In this document: piece after piece, positions 42,883 to 51,952 of the stretch
How the letters are laid out: each line of letters starts with the position of its first letter
How positions within the stretch are numbered: the first letter of the stretch is position 1
Assembly (NCBI GenBank): GCA_964574335.1
Contig: CAZNNH010000004.1
Location: 28,724-92,723 of the forward strand
Direction of reading: 5' to 3'
Origin: an uncultured Acidobacteriota bacterium
GTDB lineage: Bacteria > Acidobacteriota > Vicinamibacteria > Fen-336
DNA length: 64,000 bases
Translations under genes and position numbers: made by a program
Notes under the pieces: generated by a model
Databases searched by the model: none
What the model was told of the DNA's origin: nothing
The model's input: only the letters and a program-made list of their open reading frames with translations

Positions 42883-43760
42883 AGCGCGCGCTGGCCGCCT
42901 TTGTCCGTCACCTCGAGGCGGAGCGCAACCTGTCTCCCCATACGACCAAGGCGTATCGGGAGGATCTCGAGCAGTTCGTGGCCCACGCCGCCTCGTCCCT
43001 TGGCCGCTCGCCGCGCCCGGCCGAGATCGACCACCTGATGATCCGGAGCTTTCTGGCCCGGCTCCACGCGCGCGGCCTCAAGAAGACCACGACGGGCCGG
43101 AAGCTGGCGGCCATTCGGACCTTCTTTCGCTTCCTCTGCCGCGAAGGACAGCTCCAGACGAATCCCAGCCGGGCCCTGCTCTCGCCCCGCCAGGAGCGGC
43201 GCATCCCGAGCCGGCTGGAGGAAAGTGAGGTGGCGGACCTGCTGGACATCCCCCAGAAGGGAAGAGCGGCCATCAAAGCTCGCGCCCTTCTGGAGCTGCT
43301 CTACTCCACAGGAATCCGGTGCGCCGAGCTGGTGGGGCTGGATCTCGATGACGTGGATCGCGACGCCCGCATGCTCAGGGTTCTGGGCAAAGGCAGAAAA
43401 GAGCGCATCGTTCCCTTCGGCAGTCGCGCCCTCCAGGCACTGACAGAGTACCTCCCGATCCGGGCCGCCACCCACCCGAGGACGGACGCCCTCTTCGTGA
43501 ACCCACAGGGAGAGAGGCTCACGGACCGCGGAGTGAGGTACATCGTGGCTCGCCGGGTGAGGCAGGTGGCGGCACGCAAGAAGATCAGTCCCCACACCCT
43601 CCGTCACAGCTTCGCCACCCACCTGCTCGAAAGAGGTGCCGACCTCCGCGCCATCCAGGAGCTTCTCGGCCACGCCAGCCTCTCTACAACCCAGCGGTAC
43701 ACCCACGTAGACGCCCGGCATCTTCTGGCGATATACAGAAAGACCCACCCACGCGCTTGA
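42879..43760 (+). CDS. xerC: Tyrosine recombinase XerC/XerD (CodV-like chromosome dimer resolution)
   Basis: The true ATG at 42879 overlaps the trmFO stop (ATGA). The catalytic residues R...HxxR...Y are present (HTLRHSFATHLLERGADLRAIQELLGHASLSTTQRYTH). Confidence 0.9.
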   Translation: MKRALAAFVRHLEAERNLSPHTTKAYREDLEQFVAHAASSLGRSPRPAEIDHLMIRSFLARLHARGLKKTTTGRKLAAIRTFFRFLCREGQLQTNPSRALLSPRQERRIPSRLEESEVADLLDIPQKGRAAIKARALLELLYSTGIRCAELVGLDLDDVDRDARMLRVLGKGRKERIVPFGSRALQALTEYLPIRAATHPRTDALFVNPQGERLTDRGVRYIVARRVRQVAARKKISPHTLRHSFATHLLERGADLRAIQELLGHASLSTTQRYTHVDARHLLAIYRKTHPRA

Positions 43761-43837
43761 TCGCCGCCTGCCAGGACTCAGCCCAACGAGTCGAGCCGTC
43801 CACAAGCGGGGGAAGAGCGTCCTATCATTCAAGGCCG

Positions 43838-44437
43838 ATGGCGCCCAGTGATGAGCAGCTCGTTCAGGCGGCGCAGTCTGGGGACAGTGCCGCCTTCGGC
43901 CAGCTCGTGGATCGGTGGGATCGGAAGATCCGGGGCGCCATCTACCGTGTCCTGGGCTCGGACGACGAGGCCCGGGACCTGACCCAGGAGGCGTTCTTCA
44001 AGGCGTACCGAGGGCTTCCGTCGTTCAAGCAGGAGGCCCGCTTCTCCTCCTGGCTGTACCAGATCGCGCTCAATCTCTGTCGCGACCGGATGCGGCGCAA
44101 GAGAGGCCGCATCCACATGAGCCTGGAAGAGCTCGAGCTTGCCGGATCGGCCCGCCTGATCGAGAGCGGGCCCTCCGTCCAGGAGATGGCCGAGGCCGGC
44201 GAGCTGTCGCGGGTCGTGGCCACGGCAGTTGCGGCGCTGCCTGCCGAGCAGCGCGAGGTGATCGTGCTCAAGGAGTACCAGGAGCTGACCTTCGCGGAGA
44301 TCGCGGAGGTGCTGGCTCTCCCGGTATCGACCGTCAAGACCCGCCTGTATCGAGGCCTCGGGCAGCTTCGCCAGAGCCTCGAACGGCGTGGCATCCACGG
44401 CTCGACGGCGTTACCGCGAGCTTCCGGAGAATCCTGA
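43838..44437 (+). CDS. ECF sigma factor
   Basis: ATG 43838 with an AAGG RBS. Region 2 (DLTQEAFFKAYRGL...WLYQIALNLCRDRMR) and region 4 (LTFAEIAEVLALPVSTVKTRL) are present. Confidence 0.85.
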   Translation: MAPSDEQLVQAAQSGDSAAFGQLVDRWDRKIRGAIYRVLGSDDEARDLTQEAFFKAYRGLPSFKQEARFSSWLYQIALNLCRDRMRRKRGRIHMSLEELELAGSARLIESGPSVQEMAEAGELSRVVATAVAALPAEQREVIVLKEYQELTFAEIAEVLALPVSTVKTRLYRGLGQLRQSLERRGIHGSTALPRASGES

Positions 44438-45060
44438 TGGACTGCAGCGAGGTGCGAGACCAGATGCTCGACGTGCTCTACGGCGAGGCCGACGCCGACA
44501 TCCGGCGTCGCGTCGAGGAGCACCACGCCCAGTGCCCGGCCTGTCGGCACGAGCTCGAGGCGCTCCGCGGGGTGCGCCGCGCTCTTGCCCAGTGGCGCAT
44601 CCCGGAAAGACGATCTGTCCATGCCTTCCGCCTCGGCTGGCTGGCAGCCGCCGCCGTCCTGCTGGTGTCGCTGGGCGCCGCCTTGGGGCTTTCCGGGTCG
44701 GAGGTACGTTTCGAGAATGGCCGCCTGGCCTTCAGGCTCGGGCGCAGCGACGTCGAAAGCCGGCTCGCCGAGCAGGAGGCCCGCCACCGCACGGAGATGG
44801 CCCGCCTCCGCAGCGAGCTAGCGACGCGCGACAGCCTGCTGGCGGAGGTCGACCAGCGGCTGCGTGCCAGCGAGGCCCGGCAGGCGGCGCTGCTGAGCGC
44901 GGGCCTCAGCGAGCTGACCGCCCGCAACGAGGCCCAGCGACGATACGACCTGGCCCGGGTCAGCGCCAGCCTCTCCTATCTCGATGGGCGCACTGGCCAG
45001 CAACTGGCCCGGCAGACGGAGCTGATGGGCTATCTGTTGCAGGCCTCCGACCAGCGATGA
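44437..45060 (+). CDS. Anti-sigma factor with a zinc-finger (HxxxCxxC) and one TM segment
   Basis: MDCSEVRDQMLDVLYGEADADIRRRVEEHHAQCPACRHELEAL, then TM AFRLGWLAAAAVLLVSLGAALGL, then a periplasmic coiled coil. Its ATG overlaps the sigma stop (ATGA). Confidence 0.75.
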   Translation: MDCSEVRDQMLDVLYGEADADIRRRVEEHHAQCPACRHELEALRGVRRALAQWRIPERRSVHAFRLGWLAAAAVLLVSLGAALGLSGSEVRFENGRLAFRLGRSDVESRLAEQEARHRTEMARLRSELATRDSLLAEVDQRLRASEARQAALLSAGLSELTARNEAQRRYDLARVSASLSYLDGRTGQQLARQTELMGYLLQASDQR

Positions 45061-46073
45061 GCCGAAAGCCCACCCTCGTTCTCCTTGCCCTCGCTCTGGC
45101 GGCACCCTCCTGGGCGCAGACGGACGCCGCCCTGCGTGACCAGCTCGAGGGCTTCGGCGAAGCCCTCGATCGAGCGGTCCAGGCGGTCAGCCGACCCGGC
45201 ACCCTCCATGTCCTGAGTGGGGAGCACACCAGCCGAGGCTTCTACCTCAAGGGGTACGGTGCGGTCTTCACGCTCCCCCCCCGTGCCCTGCCACCCACCC
45301 AGCCGCCGCGCCCGCTCGAGACCTCTCGGGGCAAGGCCTCCGGGTCGTTGGTCCGGGCCATGCAGGAGGTCGAGGGCAGCCTGGACGAAGACCCGTCCGA
45401 GCCGATACGCCAGCTCCTGGAGAGTCGGCTGCGGGAGCTCGGCCCGTCCCAGAGCGCTGCCGTCTCCGAGCCGACGAGACCCACCGACGCCGCCCAGCCC
45501 CCGACTCCCCCTGACTGGGCGGCGTTGCAGGCCCGCCTCGAGGCCCGCAAGCAGATCGAGCGCCAGCGCGACCAGCAGCTCCACACCCTCGAGGTGCAGA
45601 TCGAGGCGTTCCAGCGGGACGCCGAGCGGATGCGGGAGCAGGCCGAGCGTCACATGGAGGAGCTGCGCCGGCAGATCAAGACGCGGGCCGTCTTTGCCAA
45701 GCAGGCGACCCCTCCCCCCTCACTCCCTCCATCCCCGCCCGCGAGCGTCCTGCCGGCGCCGCCCTGGAGCTTCTGGTTCGAGGTGTCCTCCGAGGCCGAG
45801 ACCCAGCCGCGCTCCCAGGAAGCCGTGGTTGAAAGCGTGCGGGCTGCCGTAACCGGGGTGGTCGAGAAGGAGGGCGGGCGGCTTGCGATGCTCGCCCCGG
45901 AGGAGTCGGTGGTGGTGGCGGTGGACTTCGTCCCTCCCGACGTCTTCGTGCCACGGCTTCGGCCGGAGCGAACGCTGGTGGTTCGGGTCAAGAAGAAGGA
46001 GATCGACGCCTACCGCGCCGGCCGGCTCGGTGCCGAGGAACTGGGCCGCCGTCTGGAGGTCGTCGAGTACTGA
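45057..46073 (+). CDS. Secreted hypothetical protein (coiled-coil, Pro-rich), translationally coupled to the anti-sigma factor
   Basis: ATGA overlap with the upstream gene. Signal peptide MSRKPTLVLLALALAAPSWAQT. No known domain was found. Confidence 0.5.
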   Translation: MSRKPTLVLLALALAAPSWAQTDAALRDQLEGFGEALDRAVQAVSRPGTLHVLSGEHTSRGFYLKGYGAVFTLPPRALPPTQPPRPLETSRGKASGSLVRAMQEVEGSLDEDPSEPIRQLLESRLRELGPSQSAAVSEPTRPTDAAQPPTPPDWAALQARLEARKQIERQRDQQLHTLEVQIEAFQRDAERMREQAERHMEELRRQIKTRAVFAKQATPPPSLPPSPPASVLPAPPWSFWFEVSSEAETQPRSQEAVVESVRAAVTGVVEKEGGRLAMLAPEESVVVAVDFVPPDVFVPRLRPERTLVVRVKKKEIDAYRAGRLGAEELGRRLEVVEY

Positions 46074-46148
46074 GGGGCGGCGCCGCATCGTTGACCCCAG
46101 CCGAGGGCCGCCCCTATACTGAGGCCCCTCCCGAAGGGTAACCGTCCT

Positions 46149-46691
46149 ATGGCCTCCTCCCTCGACCTCCACGGAACCACGATCCTGGCGGTCCGTCACG
46201 CCGGCGGCTGTGCGATCGCCGGAGACGGGCAGGTGACCCTGGGCCAGACCGTCGTCAAACACACCGCCCGGAAGATCCGGCGGCTCCACAACGGCCAGGT
46301 GCTGGCCGGCTTCGCCGGCTCCACCGCCGACGCCCTGGCGCTGTTCGCCAAGTTCGAGGCCAAGATCGACGAGCACCGCGGCAACCTCGAGCGCGCCGCG
46401 GTGGAGCTGTCCAAGGACTGGCGCACCGACCGCGTCCTGCGCCGGCTCGAGGCCTTCCTGGTGGCGCTGGATCGGGACTCGGCCTTCCTGCTTTCGGGGG
46501 CCGGCGACGTGATCACGCCCGACGACGGGCTCCTGGCAGTGGGTAGCGGCGGCCCATTTGCCCTGGCCGCCGCCCGGGCCCTGGCCCGCCACACCACGCT
46601 CGATGCCGGCACGCTGGCCCTCGAGGCGATGAAGATCGCCGCCGGGATCTGCGTCTACACCAACGAGACCATCCTGGTGGAGACGCTCTAG
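46149..46691 (+). CDS. hslV: ATP-dependent protease subunit HslV (ClpQ)
   Basis: [30 protein letters not shown]..., the N-terminal Thr protease. Confidence 0.93.
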   Translation: MASSLDLHGTTILAVRHAGGCAIAGDGQVTLGQTVVKHTARKIRRLHNGQVLAGFAGSTADALALFAKFEAKIDEHRGNLERAAVELSKDWRTDRVLRRLEAFLVALDRDSAFLLSGAGDVITPDDGLLAVGSGGPFALAAARALARHTTLDAGTLALEAMKIAAGICVYTNETILVETL

Positions 46692-48097
46692 TGCCGATCC
46701 AGCTTCCGGCGTCGAGCCAGGAGCTCCACGACCTCGACCAGCTCACCCCACGACAGATCGTGGCCGAGCTCGACCGCTACGTGATCGGCCAAGACCAGGC
46801 CAAGCGGGCGGTGGCGATCGCCCTGCGAAACCGGGTGCGCCGTCAACGGCTCCCGCCGGAGCTGGCCACCGAGATCACCCCCCGCAACATCCTCATGATC
46901 GGCCCCACCGGGGTGGGCAAGACCGAGATCGCCCGGCGGCTGGCGCGGATGTCGAGCAGCCCTTTCGTCAAGGTCGAGGCATCCAAGTTCACCGAGGTCG
47001 GCTACGTGGGACGCGACGTCGAGTCGATCATCCGGGACCTCGTCGAAGCTGCCGTCCACCTGGTGCGCCGCGAGCGGCGGGCCGAGGTCCAGGACCGGGC
47101 CCGGCAGAATGTCGAGGAGCAGCTCCTCGACCTGCTGCTGCCGCCGCTTCGATCGCGACCGGCAGAGACGGCCGGTGCCGACGCCGAAGCGGCCGCATCC
47201 TCGCCCACCGAGTCCTTTCGGACCACACGGGAGCGCCTCCGCGCCCAGCTCCGGGCCGGCGAGCTCGACGCCCGCACCGTCGAGGTGGATGTCCCGCAGC
47301 GGAGCTTCCCCACCTTCCAGGTGATGAGCTCCCAGGGCGTCGAGGAGATGGACATCAACGTCAAGGACCTCCTGCCCGGGATCTTCGGCGGTCGCACCAA
47401 GCGCCGCACGTTGCCCGTCTCGGAGGCCCGCGAGGTCCTGCTCCGGGAGGAGGAGAACCGACTGGTGGACACCGAGCAGGTCTCCCGCCAGGCGGTGGAG
47501 CGAGCCCAGAGCTCGGGCATCGTCTTCCTGGACGAGATCGACAAGGTGGCGGGTCGCGAGGGCAGCCATGGGCCAGAGGTCTCGCGCGAAGGCGTCCAGC
47601 GCGACATCCTTCCCATCGTCGAGGGCACCACCGTTACCACCAAGCATGGCGCCGTGCGCACCGACCACATCCTCTTCATCGCCGCCGGGGCGTTCCACGT
47701 CTCGAAGCCCAGCGACCTGATCCCGGAGCTCCAGGGGCGCTTCCCGATCCGGGTCGAGCTCGCGTCCCTCTCCCGCGAAGACCTGCACCGGATCCTGACC
47801 GAGCCACGCAACGCCCTGCTCTCGCAGCACCAGGCGCTGCTCAAGACCGAGGGGCTGGAGCTCGACTTCGCCCCCGACGCGATCGCCGAGATCGCTCGCT
47901 TCGCCGCTGAGGTCAACGACGCCGCCGAGAACATCGGGGCCCGGCGGCTCGCCACCGTGCTCGAACGCCTGCTGGACGAAGTCTCCTTCGAAGGTCCAGC
48001 GGAGAGCCCTCGTCAGGTGCACATCGATGCCGAGGAGGTGCGCCGCAAGTTGGCCCCCCTGGTCAAGGACCAGGACCTCAGTCGCTTCATCCTGTGA
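46691..48097 (+). CDS. hslU: ATP-dependent protease ATPase subunit HslU (ClpY)
   Basis: ILMIGPTGVGKTEIARRLA (Walker A). It has a GTG start abutting the hslV stop. Confidence 0.93.
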   Translation: MPIQLPASSQELHDLDQLTPRQIVAELDRYVIGQDQAKRAVAIALRNRVRRQRLPPELATEITPRNILMIGPTGVGKTEIARRLARMSSSPFVKVEASKFTEVGYVGRDVESIIRDLVEAAVHLVRRERRAEVQDRARQNVEEQLLDLLLPPLRSRPAETAGADAEAAASSPTESFRTTRERLRAQLRAGELDARTVEVDVPQRSFPTFQVMSSQGVEEMDINVKDLLPGIFGGRTKRRTLPVSEAREVLLREEENRLVDTEQVSRQAVERAQSSGIVFLDEIDKVAGREGSHGPEVSREGVQRDILPIVEGTTVTTKHGAVRTDHILFIAAGAFHVSKPSDLIPELQGRFPIRVELASLSREDLHRILTEPRNALLSQHQALLKTEGLELDFAPDAIAEIARFAAEVNDAAENIGARRLATVLERLLDEVSFEGPAESPRQVHIDAEEVRRKLAPLVKDQDLSRFIL

Positions 48098-49365
48098 TGC
48101 GCCGCCGATTCTCCGCCGTCGCCCTCTGCGGCTGGCTCGCCGTCGGCCTGGCCAGCCCCGGCTGCGGAAAGCGCGGCGACCCGCTGCCCCCCATCGACCG
48201 CACCCCCCAGCCGGTGACCGACCTGAGCCTGGCCCAGCGAGGGGACCAGGTGGAGGTCCACTTCGCCGCCCCGCGCGCCACGGTGGAGGGGGACCGCCTG
48301 CCGGTGCTCGAGGTGGAGCTGTGGCGGGCCGACACCGACGGCGTCGACGTAGCGCAGTACAAGCGGCTGAAGGTGGCACCCGGTGAGCGGCTCGTGGAGA
48401 CCGAGCCCCGGCCCGCGCCCGGAACCACGCTTCGCTATGCCGCCCGCGCCCGGGTCGGCCGCGACCTCTCGCCGTACACCCGAGTGGTGGCGCTGAAGGT
48501 CCAGGAGCCGCCGGCCATCCCCCAGGACTTCGAGGCGGAGCTGCGTGCCGACGGTGTGATCCTGTCGTGGACACCGCCACCGCTGCCCGAATGGCTGACC
48601 GCGCCGGAGCCGGCCGAGGCAGAGGGCCCCGAAGAGGGCGAGGCGGTTGCGCCCGTTCCCCCGACCCCGCCGACCCCGTCGCCAGCGGCCGAGCCGACCA
48701 CACCCGCGGCGACTCCGGATCAGGCGGGACTGGCAACGGCCCCGATCAGCCCCGCCTCGGTCGCCAGCGAAGGGGGGGAGCCGCCGGCCGAGAAGGGCCC
48801 GGAGGGCGAGGAGCCGGCACTGGAGGCGGGCCCGAAGAAACCCGCTGCCGCGGCCAAGCCGACCCCCGAGCCGTTCCGCGGCGGCGTCAACGTCTATCGA
48901 CGCTCAGGATTCGCGGGCTACTCTCAGCCGCTCAACCCGACACCGATCGCCATCGACAAGTACCTCGACGCCGATCCGCCGATGAACGCCGAGACCTGCT
49001 ACGTCCTGCGCACCATCGTCTCCACTGACCCGACCGTGGAGAGCGCGGCTTCCAAGGAGCTGTGCCTCCAGGTACGCGACATCGTGGCTCCGGCGGCCCC
49101 GATCGGTGTTGCCGTGAGGATCGCCGAGGACCGTCTCGAGATCACCTGGAGCGCCTCCGGGGAGGCGGACCTGGCGTTGTACCGGGTCTATTGCAGCGAG
49201 GGTGAGGGTCCCGCGGTACCGGTTGCCGACGTTCCCGGTGGGACGACCGTGCTCTACGAGAGCCTACCGGCCGAATCGGGAGCCCTCGTCTACACCGTGA
49301 CCGCCATCGACACGGCCGGCAACGAGAGCCCGCCTTCAGCCCCTGCCCCGGTACGACTTCCCTGA
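48094..49365 (+). CDS. Lipoprotein or secreted protein with fibronectin-III-like domains and a Pro/Ala/Glu-rich linker
   Basis: Signal peptide MMRRRFSAVALCGWLAVGLASPGC. FN3-like strands (VILSWTPPP, LEITWSAS...YRVYCSE...YTVTAIDTAGNES). Its start overlaps the hslU stop (ATGA). Confidence 0.55.
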   Translation: MMRRRFSAVALCGWLAVGLASPGCGKRGDPLPPIDRTPQPVTDLSLAQRGDQVEVHFAAPRATVEGDRLPVLEVELWRADTDGVDVAQYKRLKVAPGERLVETEPRPAPGTTLRYAARARVGRDLSPYTRVVALKVQEPPAIPQDFEAELRADGVILSWTPPPLPEWLTAPEPAEAEGPEEGEAVAPVPPTPPTPSPAAEPTTPAATPDQAGLATAPISPASVASEGGEPPAEKGPEGEEPALEAGPKKPAAAAKPTPEPFRGGVNVYRRSGFAGYSQPLNPTPIAIDKYLDADPPMNAETCYVLRTIVSTDPTVESAASKELCLQVRDIVAPAAPIGVAVRIAEDRLEITWSASGEADLALYRVYCSEGEGPAVPVADVPGGTTVLYESLPAESGALVYTVTAIDTAGNESPPSAPAPVRLP

Positions 49366-49439
49366 GAGGGCTCGGCAAGGGATAGAATTCCCGGGGAGCG
49401 CGGGGCCGACCATCAGAACCTGAAGCCAAGGAACCGACC

Positions 49440-50105
49440 ATGAAGATCTTTCTCGACACCGCCAACCTCGACGAGATCCGCGAGGCCGCCTCGCTGGGCG
49501 TCGTCGACGGCATCACCACCAACCCGACCCTCCTGGCCAGAGAGAGTGGCGAGCCGGAGAAAATCCTGCTCGAGATCTGCAACACCATCGACGGACCGAT
49601 ATCAGCCGAGGTGATCGCCACCGACGCCGAAGGCATGGTTCGCGAAGGCCGCCGCTGGGCCGGCCTGCACCAGAACATCGTCGTCAAGATCCCCTGCATC
49701 GCCGAGGGGCTGAAGGCCACCAAGGTGCTGGCGGCGGACGGCCACCGGGTCAACATGACGCTGGTCTTCTCCGCCTCCCAGGCGCTGCTCTCGGCCAAGG
49801 CGGGGGCCCGCTTCGTCTCGCCGTTCGTGGGCCGACTCGACGACATCTCCACCTCGGGGATGGATCTGGTCGCCGACATCGTCCAGATCTTCGACAACTA
49901 CGACTTCGAGTGCGAGGTGCTGGCGGCCAGCCTGCGCCACCCCCTCCACGTGGTGGAGGCGGCCCGGCTCGGCGCTCACATCGCCACCATGCCCACCAAG
50001 GTGTTCCAGGCGCTGCTCAAGCACCCGCTCACCGACAAGGGCCTGGCGCAGTTCCTGGCCGATTGGGAGAAGCTCCAGGCGGAGATCGCTGCGACGAGCC
50101 GCTGA
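49440..50105 (+). CDS. tal: Transaldolase (short Fsa/TalC type)
   Basis: MKIFLDTANLDEIREAASLGVVDGITTNPTLL..., a 221-aa TIM barrel of the transaldolase family. Confidence 0.9.
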   Translation: MKIFLDTANLDEIREAASLGVVDGITTNPTLLARESGEPEKILLEICNTIDGPISAEVIATDAEGMVREGRRWAGLHQNIVVKIPCIAEGLKATKVLAADGHRVNMTLVFSASQALLSAKAGARFVSPFVGRLDDISTSGMDLVADIVQIFDNYDFECEVLAASLRHPLHVVEAARLGAHIATMPTKVFQALLKHPLTDKGLAQFLADWEKLQAEIAATSR

Positions 50106-50106
50106 G

Positions 50107-50331
50107 ATGCCGATCTACGAGTACATCTGTGACGACTGTCAGGCCGCTTTCGAGAAGCTGGTCCGCAACTTCCGCGAGTCGGTGAGCTGCCCGAGCTGCC
50201 ACGGCGACAGCGTCGAGAAGCAGCTGTCGACGTTTGCCTGCAAGGGCAGCGAGGGCGGCTTCCGGAGCAGCGTCGCAGGCGGCTGCGGCGCCGGGAGCTG
50301 CGCCGGCTGCAGCGGTGGCTGCTGCCATTGA
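50107..50331 (+). CDS. FmdB-family zinc-ribbon protein with a Gly/Cys-rich C-terminal tail
   Basis: [18 protein letters not shown]...CPSCHG, the FmdB signature, followed by ...[17 protein letters not shown]. Confidence 0.75.
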   Translation: MPIYEYICDDCQAAFEKLVRNFRESVSCPSCHGDSVEKQLSTFACKGSEGGFRSSVAGGCGAGSCAGCSGGCCH

Positions 50332-51923
50332 GCCGCGGAGCGGTCCACGGCAGCGACCGCCACCCGAGCCGGGCGCGCCCCCTCGAGGGGCTCGACCTCT
50401 TGCGCGACAAGCTCGACCGGGCCCGGCAAGGGGGGGGGGGCGAGCGCCTGGCGCGCCAGCACGCCGAGGGAAAGCTGACCGCCCGTGAGCGGGTGGAGCT
50501 TCTCGTCGACGAGGGGAGCTTCGAGGAGCTCGACGCGCTGGTGGAGCACCGCTGCCTCGATTTCGGCATGGCCGAGAAGAAGACCCCAGGGGACGGAGTG
50601 GTGTCCGGCTACGGCCGAGTCGACGGCCGGCCAGTCTACGTCTTCGCTCAGGACTTCACCGTGTTCGGCGGCAGCCTCTCGGAGACCAACGCCGGGAAGA
50701 TCTGCAAGGTGATGGACCTGGCCGTGCGCAACGGCGCTCCCGTCATCGGCCTCAACGACTCGGGAGGGGCCCGCATCCAGGAAGGCGTGGTGTCGCTGGG
50801 CGGCTACGCCGACATCTTCCTGCGCAACACCCTGGCCTCCGGCGTGGTCCCGCAGATCTCGGCGATCCTGGGGCCGTGTGCCGGAGGCGCCGTCTACAGC
50901 CCCGCCATCACCGATTTCAACGTGATGGTCAAGGACAGCGCCTACATGTTCGTCACCGGTCCTGACGTGCTCCGGACCGTCACCCACGAGGAGGTCACCA
51001 AGGAGGAGCTGGGGGGGGCCATGACCCACAACGTCAAGTCGGGGGTCGCCCACTTCGCTGTCGACGACGACCAGGCCGGCCTCGCCCTCATCCGCGAGCT
51101 GCTCTCCTACCTCCCGTCGAACAACCTCGACGAGGCACCGGCGCGCGACACCGATGACCCCTCGGACCGCGAGGACCCCTCTCTCGATACCCTCGTCCCC
51201 CCCGAGCCCACCAAGCCGTACGACATCAAGCGCCTGATCGAGAGCGTGCTCGACGAGGGGCGGTTCCTGGAGGTGCACGAGCACTACGCCCCCAACATCG
51301 TGGTCGGGTTCGGCCGGCTCTCCGGCCGCAGCGTCGGCGTGGTGGCCAACCAGCCGGCGGTGCTGGCCGGGTGCCTGGACATCGATGCCTCCGTGAAGGC
51401 CGCGCGCTTCGTGCGCTTCTGCGACGCCTTCAACATCCCCCTGGTGACCTTCGAGGACGTCCCCGGGTTCCTGCCGGGGACCGCCCAGGAGTACGGCGGC
51501 ATCATCCGGCACGGGGCCAAGCTGCTCTACGCGTTCGCCGAGGCGACGGTGCCCAAGGTGACGGTGATCACCCGCAAGGCCTACGGCGGGGCCTATTGCG
51601 TGATGTCGAGCAAGCACATCCGCACCGACGTGAACTTCGCCTACCCCACGGCCGAGATTGCCGTGATGGGTCCCGAGGGCGCGGTGAACATCCTCTACCG
51701 ACGCGAGCTCCAGCAGGCCGCCGATCCCGAGGCGCTGCGCAGGGAGAAGGTGGCCGAGTTCCGCCGCAAGTTCGCCAACCCCTACGTGGCCGCCGACCGA
51801 GGCTTCGTCGACGAGGTGATCGAGCCACGCAAGACCCGGCGCAAGCTGATCGCCGCGCTCTCGATGGCACGCAACAAGCGGGACCGAAACCCACCGAAGA
51901 AGCACGGCAACATCCCCCTCTAG
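50328..51923 (+). CDS. Acyl-CoA carboxylase carboxyltransferase subunit (PccB/AccD5-like). The start is uncertain; the track uses TTG, and a downstream TTG near 50397 is also possible.
   Basis: The conserved N-terminus is ...[42 protein letters not shown]. The carboxyltransferase N and C domains are present. Length is about 510-531 aa. Confidence 0.88.
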   Translation: MSRGAVHGSDRHPSRARPLEGLDLLRDKLDRARQGGGGERLARQHAEGKLTARERVELLVDEGSFEELDALVEHRCLDFGMAEKKTPGDGVVSGYGRVDGRPVYVFAQDFTVFGGSLSETNAGKICKVMDLAVRNGAPVIGLNDSGGARIQEGVVSLGGYADIFLRNTLASGVVPQISAILGPCAGGAVYSPAITDFNVMVKDSAYMFVTGPDVLRTVTHEEVTKEELGGAMTHNVKSGVAHFAVDDDQAGLALIRELLSYLPSNNLDEAPARDTDDPSDREDPSLDTLVPPEPTKPYDIKRLIESVLDEGRFLEVHEHYAPNIVVGFGRLSGRSVGVVANQPAVLAGCLDIDASVKAARFVRFCDAFNIPLVTFEDVPGFLPGTAQEYGGIIRHGAKLLYAFAEATVPKVTVITRKAYGGAYCVMSSKHIRTDVNFAYPTAEIAVMGPEGAVNILYRRELQQAADPEALRREKVAEFRRKFANPYVAADRGFVDEVIEPRKTRRKLIAALSMARNKRDRNPPKKHGNIPL

Positions 51924-51952
51924 GGGACTCCGGCACGCGGGACGAGAGGCTC

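Noticed and set aside
42879-43760. Tyrosine recombinase as a marker of an integrated mobile element
   Set aside because: It is in the conserved codV/xerC position between trmFO and hslV with ATGA coupling. There are no flanking repeats, tRNA or phage genes. It is the chromosomal dimer-resolution recombinase.
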